A DNA stretch of 64,000 nucleotides from Promethearchaeota archaeon (GTDB taxonomy: Archaea > Asgardarchaeota > Thorarchaeia > Thorarchaeales > Thorarchaeaceae). Both the position numbers and the translations under genes were made by a program. Location of the stretch: positions 64,001 to 128,000 of the forward strand of contig WJMJ01000071.1 of assembly GCA_014728035.1 (NCBI GenBank), read 5' to 3'. Below the pieces are notes generated by a model. The model searched no databases and was not told the DNA's origin. It saw only the letters and a list, made by a program, of their open reading frames with translations. Below are positions 1-10,646 of this stretch, in pieces (position 1 is the stretch's first letter; every line of letters starts with the position of its first letter).

Positions 1-1
1 T

Positions 2-799
2 GCTTTTGAGGCACTGAAGGAACGTACTGGATATCAGTTCAAAACTATCGGGATTGCAACTCCCTTTAATGCCATTTTATGCATTGATACAAGTGGGTCT
101 ATGAAAACAACAGATGTTCCAGTACAAGATATTGCTCACGCACGAGAGGGACTCAAGGATCTTGCTGGAGACAATCCTGAAGTCCAAGCTTTCTTAGACC
201 GATTTGAAGAAGGATCAAAAGTTAGTAGAGCTGAAGCTGCTGCTATGGCGGTCTTACTATATCTAGCTGAAAAAGTAGGACGCGGATATGGTGAAAAAGT
301 TGCCGTAATCACTTTTGAGAAATCTGTGAGTGAAATGACATTTCTTGATTCTGAAACTGGTGAAGTACAGCCTTTTGTTGAATGTACTGGTCGTGAAAAA
401 GCATTAGGTTTACAGATTATTAGCACCCATGTTGTTGATAAGGTCGAAGAAGGAGGTACTCTTACCGCAATGGGTTCATCGCTTCAAACAGCTGCTGATA
501 TTTTGGATGCATTCGGAGAGAAAACCAAACCTACAATGCTTATCATGTTGACAGATGGAATGACAACTTTCGGACCTCCCCCTCTCAAAGTTTTGAAGGA
601 GCAATTTCCAGATCGGTCTCGTCTAGTTATTTATTGCATTGGACTCGGTGAAAGAAGTGAGATTGATGAAGAATTGATGCTTGCAATGGCACAATATGGC
701 AATGGCACCTATCGTCATGTGGATAATATGCGTGATTTGCTTGAGTGGTATGGACGACTAGCTACCGAATTTGCAGTTGTTGTTCGTGGTGAAGACTAA
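2..799 (+). CDS. von Willebrand factor A (vWA) domain protein, 5'-truncated by the window edge
   Basis: Frame is open from base 2 (AFEALKERTGYQFKTIGIATPFNAILCIDTSGSM) into ORF 101..799. MIDAS DTSGS, GGTLTAMG and LIMLTDG motifs, plus IYCIGLG...LAMAQYGNGTY. Confidence 0.85.
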   Translation, partial: AFEALKERTGYQFKTIGIATPFNAILCIDTSGSMKTTDVPVQDIAHAREGLKDLAGDNPEVQAFLDRFEEGSKVSRAEAAAMAVLLYLAEKVGRGYGEKVAVITFEKSVSEMTFLDSETGEVQPFVECTGREKALGLQIISTHVVDKVEEGGTLTAMGSSLQTAADILDAFGEKTKPTMLIMLTDGMTTFGPPPLKVLKEQFPDRSRLVIYCIGLGERSEIDEELMLAMAQYGNGTYRHVDNMRDLLEWYGRLATEFAVVVRGED

Positions 800-2406
800 G
801 AGTGTTCGAATGCTTGGGACAGTGATTTCAGAGTCGGTATATCCATTTCTCTAATTTGGTCTTCTGGGATACTAGCTAGCATATCTTCTGGGATTTGAGC
901 TAGAATCTCCGCTTTCTCTCTCCCGTACTTTTCGATCAAAGAATCAATCTTCTTGTCTCCAGTCAGCTCCAAAATTTCAGGTTCTGATTTTTCTATTTCC
1001 ATTTCTCCCATTGAAGAAATCAGCATTTCTATCTCGTCTTCAGTCATCGCTTCTATTGCTTCTTTACCCATTGACTCTTTTACTTCGTCAGGTAACTTAC
1101 TCAATAGGTCGTCTTTTTTGGACTTGGATTTCTCTTTTTTCGTTTTGGAGGGTGTCAGTTTCTTTGCTTCTTCGATTATTTTTATTGCTGTGGCATTACC
1201 GATTCCATCAACCTCCTCTGCTAGCTTATCGGGATTCGCCTTAGCCACATCAAGAACTGACTCATATCCAGCTGCTTTAAGGCTTTCAACGGTCGATGGA
1301 CCTATTCCGCTGATATCCTCAAGTGTTAGTTTCTTCTTTTTCTTTCTTCTAACTCTTCTAACTACCTTCTTCTTTTTCTTCTTAGGGGATTTCTTTTCAG
1401 GAACTATCGCTTCTTCTACCTTTGCAGTGACATCTTCAGATTCAGCTGTCATATTAAGGAGTGCTTCAAGCTCTTCAATACTAATATTCTCTAGTACATC
1501 TGAAGGCATACTATCCTTAACCTCGTCAGGAAGTCTGGCTAGCATTTCCTCTCTTGCTGTTTCCGTTTTTACTCTTTGAACTCTTCTTACTTTCCTGACT
1601 TTACCTCTATCTGTCTTTGGTTTCTTCTTTTCTTTTTCAATTGACTTCTCTTTTGATGCGAATGATTCCATCAACGAGTTAACCAATTCTCGTGCGGTTT
1701 TGGGTGTGAGTCTACTGAGGTCTTCAGGTGGAAGAGTTGCTAGTATTTCATCAGGGAGCTCTGATAATATTTCTGAAATCTCATCAGCGGTTGTTTTTGG
1801 CTCTATTCTTTCGATTTTCGATTTTTCAAAAACGATTGGTTTTCCAGTTAACTCTTCCTCTAAAATTGAGTAGTCTATCTCAATATCAAAGTCCTTATTT
1901 TTCCATTTCAGAAGAGAATCTATTGCCTCCGGATCCATCTGAATTTCTCTTAGATACAGTCGGATATCCTCTTCGACCATCCCTGGGAAATCAGCTATGA
2001 TCTTGTCAATTTCTTCCTCTGGCAATCTAGCCCATAATGGACCATGAATCAATTTTGAGAGCCCATTTGCACAATGGGATCTAACCCAAGAATTGGAATC
2101 TTTTAACCCCTCTAGTAATATCGGAATTGTCTTTGGCTGGTGGTAATATGCCAAAGCTTGTGCAGCTGCTATTCTTACATCATCTTCATCATCATTCATT
2201 GCTTTTGCAATATCATCTACTATATTGGGATTCGAGTATTCTATTGATGCAAGTAGAGCTCTTTCCCTCACAACGTCTGAAGAATCAGACATTGCTTGAA
2301 CCAAGTCCTTTCTCACTTCTGAATTTTCCCTTGCCAGTTTTCCAACTTGTTCGGTTTCAAATTCTAACAATAGACGTCTCGTTTTTGACAAAGGAATTCT
2401 CTCCAA
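796..2406 (-). CDS. HEAT-repeat protein with helix-hairpin-helix domain, Lys/Arg-rich tracts and four LPxE helical repeats
   Basis: N-terminal PBS/HEAT repeats (DSSDVVRERA, DDEDDVRIAAAQAL, DSNSWVRSHCANGL). HhH LEDISGIGPSTVESLKAAGY...VDGIGNATAIKII. Confidence 0.8.
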   Translation of the reverse strand: MERIPLSKTRRLLLEFETEQVGKLARENSEVRKDLVQAMSDSSDVVRERALLASIEYSNPNIVDDIAKAMNDDEDDVRIAAAQALAYYHQPKTIPILLEGLKDSNSWVRSHCANGLSKLIHGPLWARLPEEEIDKIIADFPGMVEEDIRLYLREIQMDPEAIDSLLKWKNKDFDIEIDYSILEEELTGKPIVFEKSKIERIEPKTTADEISEILSELPDEILATLPPEDLSRLTPKTARELVNSLMESFASKEKSIEKEKKKPKTDRGKVRKVRRVQRVKTETAREEMLARLPDEVKDSMPSDVLENISIEELEALLNMTAESEDVTAKVEEAIVPEKKSPKKKKKKVVRRVRRKKKKKLTLEDISGIGPSTVESLKAAGYESVLDVAKANPDKLAEEVDGIGNATAIKIIEEAKKLTPSKTKKEKSKSKKDDLLSKLPDEVKESMGKEAIEAMTEDEIEMLISSMGEMEIEKSEPEILELTGDKKIDSLIEKYGREKAEILAQIPEDMLASIPEDQIREMDIPTLKSLSQAFEHS

Positions 2407-2626
2407 TTTTATATGTTATTTTCCTATTATTAGAGGATATATTGACTTCACTAGATTATAGTACTTAAATCAGTTGTCACCAAACCTTGAAGTATAATCT
2501 CTATTGTATTAATATTCAGAATACCATAAGAACATTTACGGGATAATCCCTCAGAAAAGAAAGATGATTTTTACAAAACCATATAGATTATAGGTTGTTT
2601 CCTGGTAAACGCTATTCGTGTAAATA

Positions 2627-3445
2627 ATGAAAAGTAAAGAAACACTTAAACCCAATATCTATCGAGTAATCCTGTTTTCTCTGCTCATGTTTATTATTGT
2701 GTTATTACCTGTATCTGCTAGTTTCATTTTCACCGGTGAATCCTACAATCTAATTGTCACATTACTATTCTTCGGAAGTTTCATTTTAATGTATATTCTC
2801 CCACTATATTTTGTACGGTGGGAGGGTGGAAATTCTATAGAAGAGCTTGGTGTAGGTATGGATGATAATACCGTACGAGACCTGTTTATTGGTGGACTTA
2901 CTGGCATTATTGCATCTGGTTTTGTGGTAATCTTCGCATATCTTGGTGGCACTCTCAGACCCGTAAGTCAAATAACTACAGATCTCATCATTTCTCAAAT
3001 CATCATTACTACACCAGTTGCGTTTTTCGAAGAATTATGTTACAGAGGTTATATGATGACTCGAATGGCTCGATTAGGTGGTCCTATTTTTGGCATATTA
3101 CTTAGTTCAATTCTTTTCTCCTTGTTTCATTTCAGTTGGTGGATTCCACTTGGTACTGTCCCACCTCATATGATCCTATTGTTTACAACAAATCTTCTAC
3201 TTGGTGGAATTGTCCTAGGTTTATCGTACTATTTGTCCGGTGAGAAATTGTGGGCAGCTATTGGGTTCCATTTCATGTGGAATATGATTGCTTACATTAT
3301 GTTTCCCATATATCCTCGTGAGTTTGCATATCTTCCTGAAATCTTCCAAATAGAGTGGGGGATTATTTCAATACTGGGATTTCTACTTGGAGCTGTTATC
3401 ATATGGTTCGTATACTCATCACTAATCCAAAAAGAATCTGAGTAA
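2627..3445 (+). CDS. CPBP/Abi (type II CAAX) family intramembrane glutamic protease
   Basis: Multi-TM; EELCYRGY, FSLFH and AIGFHFMWN motifs. Confidence 0.9.
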   Translation: MKSKETLKPNIYRVILFSLLMFIIVLLPVSASFIFTGESYNLIVTLLFFGSFILMYILPLYFVRWEGGNSIEELGVGMDDNTVRDLFIGGLTGIIASGFVVIFAYLGGTLRPVSQITTDLIISQIIITTPVAFFEELCYRGYMMTRMARLGGPIFGILLSSILFSLFHFSWWIPLGTVPPHMILLFTTNLLLGGIVLGLSYYLSGEKLWAAIGFHFMWNMIAYIMFPIYPREFAYLPEIFQIEWGIISILGFLLGAVIIWFVYSSLIQKESE

Positions 3446-3463
3446 AACGGATAAAAAGAGAAC

Positions 3464-3507
3464 AATGGGTCCGCAAAATGCGTCCCATTTCCTTATTTTT
3501 TTATTTT
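3464..3507. terminator. Hairpin plus T-tract between convergent genes
   Basis: AATGGG-TC-CGCA-AAA-TGCG-T-CCCATT followed by TCCTTATTTTTTTATTTT, with an A-rich tract on the other side. Confidence 0.55.
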
Positions 3508-4203
3508 CTATGATGAAGAGTCATATCTACCATCATCTTTGATTACTAGCATTGTTAAGCCATTTAGACCAATAATAGTAACTTTCTCTCCAGCTTGGAT
3601 TGGAGGTCCAGTTGTTTTTGCCCACCAAATTTCAGAACCAATCTTAATCTTTCCACGAGGATTAATGTCGGTGAGAGCCTCAATATTCTGTGTTGTTCCA
3701 TATTGATGTTGAGGCCAATCATCATAATTTCTTAGAAAGATGAAGTAAAGAATCATCAGACATCCAATTGTTCCAACCATTATATAGACGGTCAGTCTAT
3801 TGGTGGGATCGATAATCGTTGCTGCGATAATTGCAACTGCATATAGTGGAAAGAGTTTCATAGAAACTTTCGCATCAATAAAAGCTCCCTCTACAAAGCT
3901 GCCACCACCTGTAAATATGGTGAACATTATATACAAAACAGCGGCGACGACTACTAACATCCACCATTCAAATTCAAAAGATGGTGTAAGCATCGTTTGA
4001 AATGCAAACAGGATGATTATTAGGGGCACTGTTATCTGTGCCATTGCTTTTCCAGTTGCTGGTTCTACAGTTAGGACTAGTAATGTTAGGATAACTCCTA
4101 GCAGTATAAGCCCTATGAATGGGTCAAAGATGATGTAACCAACAATCATACTTAATGCTGAAAGAAGCACAAGTACAACAAATACCTTGATCCATGCGTC
4201 CAT
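3508..4203 (-). CDS. NfeD-family membrane protein (multi-TM plus C-terminal OB fold)
   Basis: C-terminal GKIKIGSEIWWAKT..PIQAGEKVTIIGLNGLTMLV; directly downstream of the stomatin gene. Confidence 0.85.
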   Translation of the reverse strand: MDAWIKVFVVLVLLSALSMIVGYIIFDPFIGLILLGVILTLLVLTVEPATGKAMAQITVPLIIILFAFQTMLTPSFEFEWWMLVVVAAVLYIMFTIFTGGGSFVEGAFIDAKVSMKLFPLYAVAIIAATIIDPTNRLTVYIMVGTIGCLMILYFIFLRNYDDWPQHQYGTTQNIEALTDINPRGKIKIGSEIWWAKTTGPPIQAGEKVTIIGLNGLTMLVIKDDGRYDSSS

Positions 4204-4216
4204 TTTTTCACCTACT

Positions 4217-5041
4217 TTATTGAACGCTTCCCTTATCTTTTGGAACTTTTAGACCGCCTGTGCCTGCAGCTAAAGCTACGGATGCCGCTGCTGAAGCACC
4301 AACTTCAGGTATGTTGGTTGGTAACATGATTATGAGATTTGCATTCTTGCTAATTTCCTGCATGATGTTCCATGTTCTGAGCACAAAACCAACTTGTGAC
4401 TCCTCATAGATTTTTGCAGCCTTCAGCATCGTTTCTGATGCTTCGAGTTCAGCTGTAGCTAGAGTGATTCTAGCTCGGCGTTCTCGTTCTGCTTGTGCTT
4501 CTCGACTCATTGCATCTTGTAATTGAGTTGGGATAACAACATCACGAATCTCTACTGCTGTGACTTTGACGCCCCAGTGTTCAGTCTTTTCATCAATAAG
4601 TTCCTGCAAATGTTGGGCGATTTTATCTCTCTCTGATAGCACTTCATCCAGAGTAACTTTTCCTGTTGTTTCACGAAGTGTTGTCTGGGCTGCTAGTTCT
4701 ACTGCAATTGTATACCTTTCCACACTTAATATCGCTTTTTCAACATTGATTACTCTGAAATACATGACCGCATCTACGACAACAGGAACGTTATCCTTTG
4801 TCAGAGAACGTTCAGTTTTGAATGCATAAGTCTGTAATCTCAATGATACTTTCATTGCAACCTTGTCAAGCATTGGAGTAATCCAGATTATTCCAGGACC
4901 TCGTATGTGCTTAAACTTACCAAGCCGTAGCACAGCTACTCTTTCCCATTCTTTCAGAACTCTGATTCCACTCGCGATAAAGACCAAAATAAGAAACGCG
5001 ACAATAACGATTGCGAAGATTATTAATTCATTAAACTGCAA
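4217..5041 (-). CDS. SPFH/band-7 (stomatin-like) protein
   Basis: EWERVAVLRLG, LTKDNVPVVVDAV, AQTTLR, WGVKVTAVEIRDV, AQAERERRA. Probable TTG start at 5041 with CAGGAG RBS. Confidence 0.93.
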   Translation of the reverse strand: MQFNELIIFAIVIVAFLILVFIASGIRVLKEWERVAVLRLGKFKHIRGPGIIWITPMLDKVAMKVSLRLQTYAFKTERSLTKDNVPVVVDAVMYFRVINVEKAILSVERYTIAVELAAQTTLRETTGKVTLDEVLSERDKIAQHLQELIDEKTEHWGVKVTAVEIRDVVIPTQLQDAMSREAQAERERRARITLATAELEASETMLKAAKIYEESQVGFVLRTWNIMQEISKNANLIIMLPTNIPEVGASAAASVALAAGTGGLKVPKDKGSVQ

Positions 5042-5171
5042 ATTTGTTTTCTCCTGTCCACACCGACGTGTAAACAAGAACAGTGTTTAACCGTTCTATG
5101 AGCTTTTATTGCACGAAACCATATGAAGTTTGGTACTGAATCAATGTAATTTTTTTCTTTCAAGAAGGCTT

Positions 5172-5984
5172 TTACAAGTTAGATTCCTCTTGTCCTAATT
5201 CGGAGATTCTATCAACATATGGAATTGTAGGAAGGATGAGGTTTTCATTCTTAATAGCTTTTGAGACCAAGATACAGATTGGTGCTACGATAAATGTAGC
5301 AATTATCCGCTCAATGGGATAAAGAAAAGCTACAGACACATAGAATGGTGCGATAACTTCTGCTGGTACTAACTGGATATAGATGAAGTAGTAAACTCCA
5401 ATAACGGAACCAATCAATTGATCTGTCATCACAGCTATGAATGCCATAATTAGGAAAGGAAGAATTCTGAAGGTGAAATTGCTTTCTGTTGTTGGTGTCA
5501 CTCCTTCATACAATAATCTCCCAACTTGTGGAATAATGAAGATCATGCTAATGATTAAAGCTATGATATGTAACCAGAGAAATATTCCAGCTTGAAGGAA
5601 AATAGGCCCAATAACAAAAAGAACTGTTCCAGATAGATAGATTAAGAATGATATTTGTGGTCTTCCCATTCTGATTGCCCCTGCAACAAGTGCAGCAGAT
5701 GCAGGTGCAAGAGGTGTAAATGGTCCAAGTATGGTGCCTATTGCAGGATTTGCAAACATTCCAAGAGTAGTACCAATAATTACTGCTAGGGTTCCATATA
5801 ATGGTCCTAGTAAGAAACCAATTATTGGTGCAGAAATCAAACCAAATGAAATTACACCTTCAATACCAACTGAGATACTAAATGGAATTATAGTTATGAT
5901 AAAATGAATTGCTGCAAATACTCCTGTTAATGCCCAAGGATAAGCACTTGATTTTTGAATCTGCGACATATATTTCTTCACCAA
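5172..5984 (-). CDS. Integral membrane protein, ECF-transporter S-component-like
   Basis: 7-8 TM helices; GFLLGPLYGTLAVIIG pattern typical of S components. Confidence 0.6.
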   Translation of the reverse strand: MVKKYMSQIQKSSAYPWALTGVFAAIHFIITIIPFSISVGIEGVISFGLISAPIIGFLLGPLYGTLAVIIGTTLGMFANPAIGTILGPFTPLAPASAALVAGAIRMGRPQISFLIYLSGTVLFVIGPIFLQAGIFLWLHIIALIISMIFIIPQVGRLLYEGVTPTTESNFTFRILPFLIMAFIAVMTDQLIGSVIGVYYFIYIQLVPAEVIAPFYVSVAFLYPIERIIATFIVAPICILVSKAIKNENLILPTIPYVDRISELGQEESNL

Positions 5985-6077
5985 AAATACAATGGAATCT
6001 TTGTGTTTGAAAATTAATCATCTATATGAATGTACTCAATAATAATGAGATATCGGAGAATTTTCTCCGACATATCT

Positions 6078-6995
6078 TTAGTTACTAGATGAAGCTAGAA
6101 TCCAGAAGAATAACCCGCCTAGAATCCATACAAAAAGGCCAGCTCCAAGCACAATGCCAAAAGCTGCTCCAGCTCCGGATGAACCAAAGTTCACATGCAT
6201 ATTTGTGAATCTCTTGAAACCTCCGATATATTTGGTTTCGTAACTACAATGGAAGTGTTTGTCTGTAACTGCTCCACATATCTCACATACAAACTTGTTT
6301 TGAAAAGCAGCACCTAGTAGACTATCCATATTGCACCCAATGAATGCTGTTAGTATTGATAATGGAATAACAAGAAGAAGTTGTGCATTATTTGTTATAG
6401 GTGTAAGTTCAGGTGCGAGTACACCAAAAATAACAACGATAACTCCAATGAATAGTCCAGCAGCAGCTGCAATTCCCTCCCCCAGTAGAGAAACTGCACC
6501 AATAGTTCCACGTGGTACTTTTCTTCTAAGGTTTGTTATGAGCCTTGGCTTTCCTTTACTGAATATTCCCACTTCACTGGCTAGGGTGTCTGCAGATGTT
6601 GTTGCTACAGCACCGATAAACCCACCAAACATGTAGAATGCCATATTTGGATCAGAGCTGAATAATGGTGAGAGGTACATTGCAATGGAAAACATCATAG
6701 GAATAAGACCACTACCAAAAACGTTCTTCCATGATCTTTTTCCTTTCTGCTCTTGGGCAAATCCTTGTTTAGCTTTTGCTTTGTATTTGAATTTTGTAGC
6801 AATGCCAGACGTTATGAAAAAGAAGAGTAATAGGCTGAACGCCACGGGACCCCCAGTATACCATACTGTGAATCCAACGATGAAAGCACTGATTAATCCT
6901 GATACGTCTACGAAACGAAGACGATACGTTAAAGCTCCAATTATGGCCATCAATATCAGGCCTGAAACAACTGGGTGGGCCAATAGCTGTTGCAT
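6078..6995 (-). CDS. DUF92/TMEM19 family membrane protein
   Basis: RSWKNVFGSG, ADTLASEVG, VPRGTIGAVSLLG, DSLLGAAFQ and C-terminal CEICG...HC motifs. Confidence 0.9.
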   Translation of the reverse strand: MQQLLAHPVVSGLILMAIIGALTYRLRFVDVSGLISAFIVGFTVWYTGGPVAFSLLLFFFITSGIATKFKYKAKAKQGFAQEQKGKRSWKNVFGSGLIPMMFSIAMYLSPLFSSDPNMAFYMFGGFIGAVATTSADTLASEVGIFSKGKPRLITNLRRKVPRGTIGAVSLLGEGIAAAAGLFIGVIVVIFGVLAPELTPITNNAQLLLVIPLSILTAFIGCNMDSLLGAAFQNKFVCEICGAVTDKHFHCSYETKYIGGFKRFTNMHVNFGSSGAGAAFGIVLGAGLFVWILGGLFFWILASSSN

Positions 6996-7213
6996 TTCTC
7001 TTCACATCCGAGATTCTTGTTATCCTTGTTGTCCTTTAGGTGTTCGACGTCCTATCTAGCGAACCTCTATTATATGAGCATATATTATATGCTATTGTTT
7101 TTCTCCCTTATTAGTAAAACATCCCGTTTCGTACCATTTATACCTTTGGTAATCTCCTCAACAACTGTCGAAGTATAAATCGACTAATGACTGAATTAAT
7201 GTGTAATAACTGC

Positions 7214-10200
7214 TCAATAGACAGTGAATTGTTTTCTTGGTTGTTTGATTGCTCTCTTAGGAAGAATCTTTCCTTTCTGCATTATGATTAGTTCAAGGTA
7301 ATATGCTGTAACCATAACATCAGGTGTGATCCAATCTACTGATGCTGTATACTGATCTTGGTCGGAGTCAGGAATTTCTATCTCAAACTCCTTGATGATT
7401 TCTCGTCTTGAAAGAATGCGCAATATTGCTTGGAGATTGTTAAACTCTCCTTTAAGCGATTTCATGTCAATCTTAATAGTGACCGGAGTTACTCTTTGGA
7501 CTAAACTGGGAATTTCATCACCAGATTGATTTCGGATTGTGAAATCTACCCTAAATATTGGCTCTTCGATAGCTTTCACTTTCAGTCTAAGCCGTCCTTC
7601 AAATACACGTTTTTCACACTGCAAGTTAACCTTGAGCTGAGCTGTACTCATTTCAGCCGTTAGGGGAATTGAAAACTGTGTTGGAATTAGTTTTGTTGTA
7701 TTTTTCTCTATTAGTACTTGTTTCGAAATTATTTGATTGGTTCCAGCAACCGATTCCAGAAATACCGTTAGAGTACAATTCAATAACATTGAAGATATAT
7801 TGGTCAGATGTAGTGTCCCAGATACAGTTTCATCTGGTGAAACAAATTTTGGAATTCCACTAAATGTTATTTTAGCTATTTCTTCTAAAATGTCAGATCC
7901 CAAATTGATGTTCTGTGTTTTCTGGTCCAATACGATTCCACCGTAAGACAGTCGTGCTATAAGCACAACATGTGATGGGCTGGTATCTGTCTTAGGTTTC
8001 GGTATTTCCAGTGGTCCAAATGCAAATGAAAGATTCCTGCTTTGTTTCACAGATTGTCTAAGTACTAAATGTTCTTCACCGTCAGGAAATTGAAATAACA
8101 TTTCTACAGCAGCTGGTTCCCCTAGTTCTGTGTTCCTCCTAATTCTCAGCCAACCTGAAATGCGCTTTCCAATCTGTGACTTATTTGGAGCTCTTAATGA
8201 GTCAATACTAACTCTAACTCCCAGATGTGCAATTCGCATTCTATCTGATTCAGTGACACTCAATTGAGAACCATTAAATTCTATCCAGGCTTTGATTATT
8301 CCCGTGCGAGCTTCTGGTGCTTCATTTGATATTGTTGGAACACGCCATCGGAATGCTAAAGCCTCAGAAGTTAAGTCTGATATTTTCATACTTGCTATGT
8401 CATATACTTCTCCAGTATCAGTATGATATGCGACATGAAGTGATGCGTGTTTTGGAATTTGTTTTCCTCTCGCTTTAATTGCAACCTCTCCATGAATCAA
8501 TTCGCCAGGAGAATGCGCTTCTTTAGCATCTGTTCGTAAAAGTACCTGAGGTCCCTTTTTCACGAATCCTGCATAAAACGGCTTAGATGTTACAGTGGTA
8601 ATCTCTTCTTCGTCTTCTAGTAAACTAACTCTTAAGACACATCTTTGGACACCCTCACCTGCATCTTCCGGAATTATCAACGGGGGAAAGTCCTCATGGT
8701 CTACTACTCTTAGTTCACCTTTCTCAATCTTCAGTGGTGTACTAACGGATGCAAATATTTTTTCTCTCGAAGGAGCGATTACTTCAACTCTGCAATCCAT
8801 CATTGTGTTGAATGGATAGTTTGTGTCTATTTCTCCAGAAAATCGAACTGGCGTCTTGCCATCAACAAATTGGGTGGTTGTCCCTGGTCTTGCAGAAACG
8901 CGCATCCAGTAAGTACTAATTGTACCAGTTACTGGGATCTCTCTCCCTGCGATACCTATTTCTGAAAATACATTGTAAGCTGAAACTCCCCGTTTAGTTT
9001 GAAAACTCAAGTTTTCAATATGGATTTGACCTGATTGTATTTTGGATATCGGGATGATGTTACTTTCAACAATATTTCTATCCGAGTCTTCTATTGTGTA
9101 CTTGATGGTAAGATTGGTGATATCTCTATCCAATGTATTCTTTATGGTTATCATAAAATGGGCTTCTTGACCTGAAAATACTTTGTCTGAATCGATAACT
9201 AGTTCTGGTTCAATTCCTTTCCACCAACATAGCCATGTCGGTAGGTTAGGAGTGCCATCTAACGGGTCATATAACCAGTTTGTACAACACTCTCGTGTAA
9301 TTTCCGCTAATCGTTTCAAAAGAACTACCATGTTGAAGTCCGATTTTGCAAATACATCAAGTTGGAAATCTGCACCTGTTGTTCGAGCTTCTACTGTTTC
9401 GCTTCCAAAAATGGATATCAACAATGCTTGGAAAAAGGGATTATCAATAGCATTTAGCTCTTCTAATTCATCACGAATTATATAGAGCATTGAAATAACA
9501 GCGTCTCCCATGAACCTGTTTCTCTTTCTGGATGATACTGACCCATCATCTTGGATTTGAAAATTATACATTTTCAAAAAATCAGAAATCTGCGCACTTT
9601 TACCAGGTCTAAAAGGGGCCCATAGACCTGCTGCTATTGCTGCTTCTCTGTTGGCTGCTAAAGTATTAGCACTTACATCCGGGACGAATTTTCCTTTTTC
9701 AACCATTCGTTTTGCCTTGAGTGCCAACGCTTGAAGTAGTAGAGCGATTCCTATCCTTCTGGGTACAGATAACTGAGTATCTGTGACTCGTATTTCTATG
9801 GTACCATAATCTGTGAAGGGAAACATATCCACCATTCTTGGGGGACTTCTATTGACATGACGAGCGAAGGCGTCTTCATCTGCAGATTTCAAATGTGGTA
9901 TGTATTCGAATTCATTACTAGGTCCCATCTGAGTTGTGTTTTTCCATAGACGAATCGATCGCTTGCATCTTGGTGCGCGAGTACGATTTTTCTCGTCCAC
10001 AAAAATTTCATCTGATGCCATTTTATTTTCAAAAGGTGAGTTGACCGAGAGAGCGATTAATTGTGGGATAAAATTTCGTATCATGTTGTATACTGCTATT
10101 TTTACACTATTGTCAACATTTGGTCCAAGAATGTGATGATGTTCTCCAAATGACAGATTTTTGAGGTATTCTTGTGTCGGATTCAATCCAGTTGAAATGA

Positions 10201-10645
10201 GTACTACTCTTGATTCTCTGGGTATTGAATCATATGAGACCGCTATCAGTGTTTGAACCCACCAAGCGAGTTCTTCCAGTGTTGTACATGGAGGTGTTGC
10301 AATTTCTAAGATCCATGTTAATGAAGTTACATTTGGATCATGGCCAAGCAAGGTGTATTCTCGAGCAACACCTTGTGGGTCTTGATAACTTGCTACTATC
10401 CTTGAACCTCTTTCTCCCTCTTCAGTTTGAGCGGAGTGATTATAGTTTTGCTTAACCGTTTCTACACTGGTATTCTTTATCTTCCTGTCCAATAGTATTT
10501 TTGCACTCGATACAATTCTATCAAAAATATCTAGTATCTCATCGCCACGAATCCAGCTTCCATCTCGATTTACAACCTGCAATTCGACTTCGATGCCATG
10601 GGGAAATGGTAGTTGAGTTTCTTTTTCTCCCCTATCTTTCCTCAT
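7214..10645 (-). CDS. Glutamate-cysteine ligase (GCS2/YbdK)-like carboxylate-amine ligase fused to about 650 aa of beta-sandwich (Ig-like) repeats
   Basis: HGIEVELQVV, LEIATPPC, GLNP, FGEHHHI, ALSVNSPF, YGTIEIRVTD. C-terminal half is alternating beta-strand units. Likely ATG at 10645, 2 nt from the upstream stop. Confidence 0.8.
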   Translation of the reverse strand: MRKDRGEKETQLPFPHGIEVELQVVNRDGSWIRGDEILDIFDRIVSSAKILLDRKIKNTSVETVKQNYNHSAQTEEGERGSRIVASYQDPQGVAREYTLLGHDPNVTSLTWILEIATPPCTTLEELAWWVQTLIAVSYDSIPRESRVVLISTGLNPTQEYLKNLSFGEHHHILGPNVDNSVKIAVYNMIRNFIPQLIALSVNSPFENKMASDEIFVDEKNRTRAPRCKRSIRLWKNTTQMGPSNEFEYIPHLKSADEDAFARHVNRSPPRMVDMFPFTDYGTIEIRVTDTQLSVPRRIGIALLLQALALKAKRMVEKGKFVPDVSANTLAANREAAIAAGLWAPFRPGKSAQISDFLKMYNFQIQDDGSVSSRKRNRFMGDAVISMLYIIRDELEELNAIDNPFFQALLISIFGSETVEARTTGADFQLDVFAKSDFNMVVLLKRLAEITRECCTNWLYDPLDGTPNLPTWLCWWKGIEPELVIDSDKVFSGQEAHFMITIKNTLDRDITNLTIKYTIEDSDRNIVESNIIPISKIQSGQIHIENLSFQTKRGVSAYNVFSEIGIAGREIPVTGTISTYWMRVSARPGTTTQFVDGKTPVRFSGEIDTNYPFNTMMDCRVEVIAPSREKIFASVSTPLKIEKGELRVVDHEDFPPLIIPEDAGEGVQRCVLRVSLLEDEEEITTVTSKPFYAGFVKKGPQVLLRTDAKEAHSPGELIHGEVAIKARGKQIPKHASLHVAYHTDTGEVYDIASMKISDLTSEALAFRWRVPTISNEAPEARTGIIKAWIEFNGSQLSVTESDRMRIAHLGVRVSIDSLRAPNKSQIGKRISGWLRIRRNTELGEPAAVEMLFQFPDGEEHLVLRQSVKQSRNLSFAFGPLEIPKPKTDTSPSHVVLIARLSYGGIVLDQKTQNINLGSDILEEIAKITFSGIPKFVSPDETVSGTLHLTNISSMLLNCTLTVFLESVAGTNQIISKQVLIEKNTTKLIPTQFSIPLTAEMSTAQLKVNLQCEKRVFEGRLRLKVKAIEEPIFRVDFTIRNQSGDEIPSLVQRVTPVTIKIDMKSLKGEFNNLQAILRILSRREIIKEFEIEIPDSDQDQYTASVDWITPDVMVTAYYLELIIMQKGKILPKRAIKQPRKQFTVY

Positions 10646-10646
10646 T

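Noticed and set aside
953-1579. 208-aa Ser/Phe-rich ORF and the many other short antisense or overlapping ORFs in the track
   Set aside because: They are shadow frames of well-supported genes, with no motifs or RBS.
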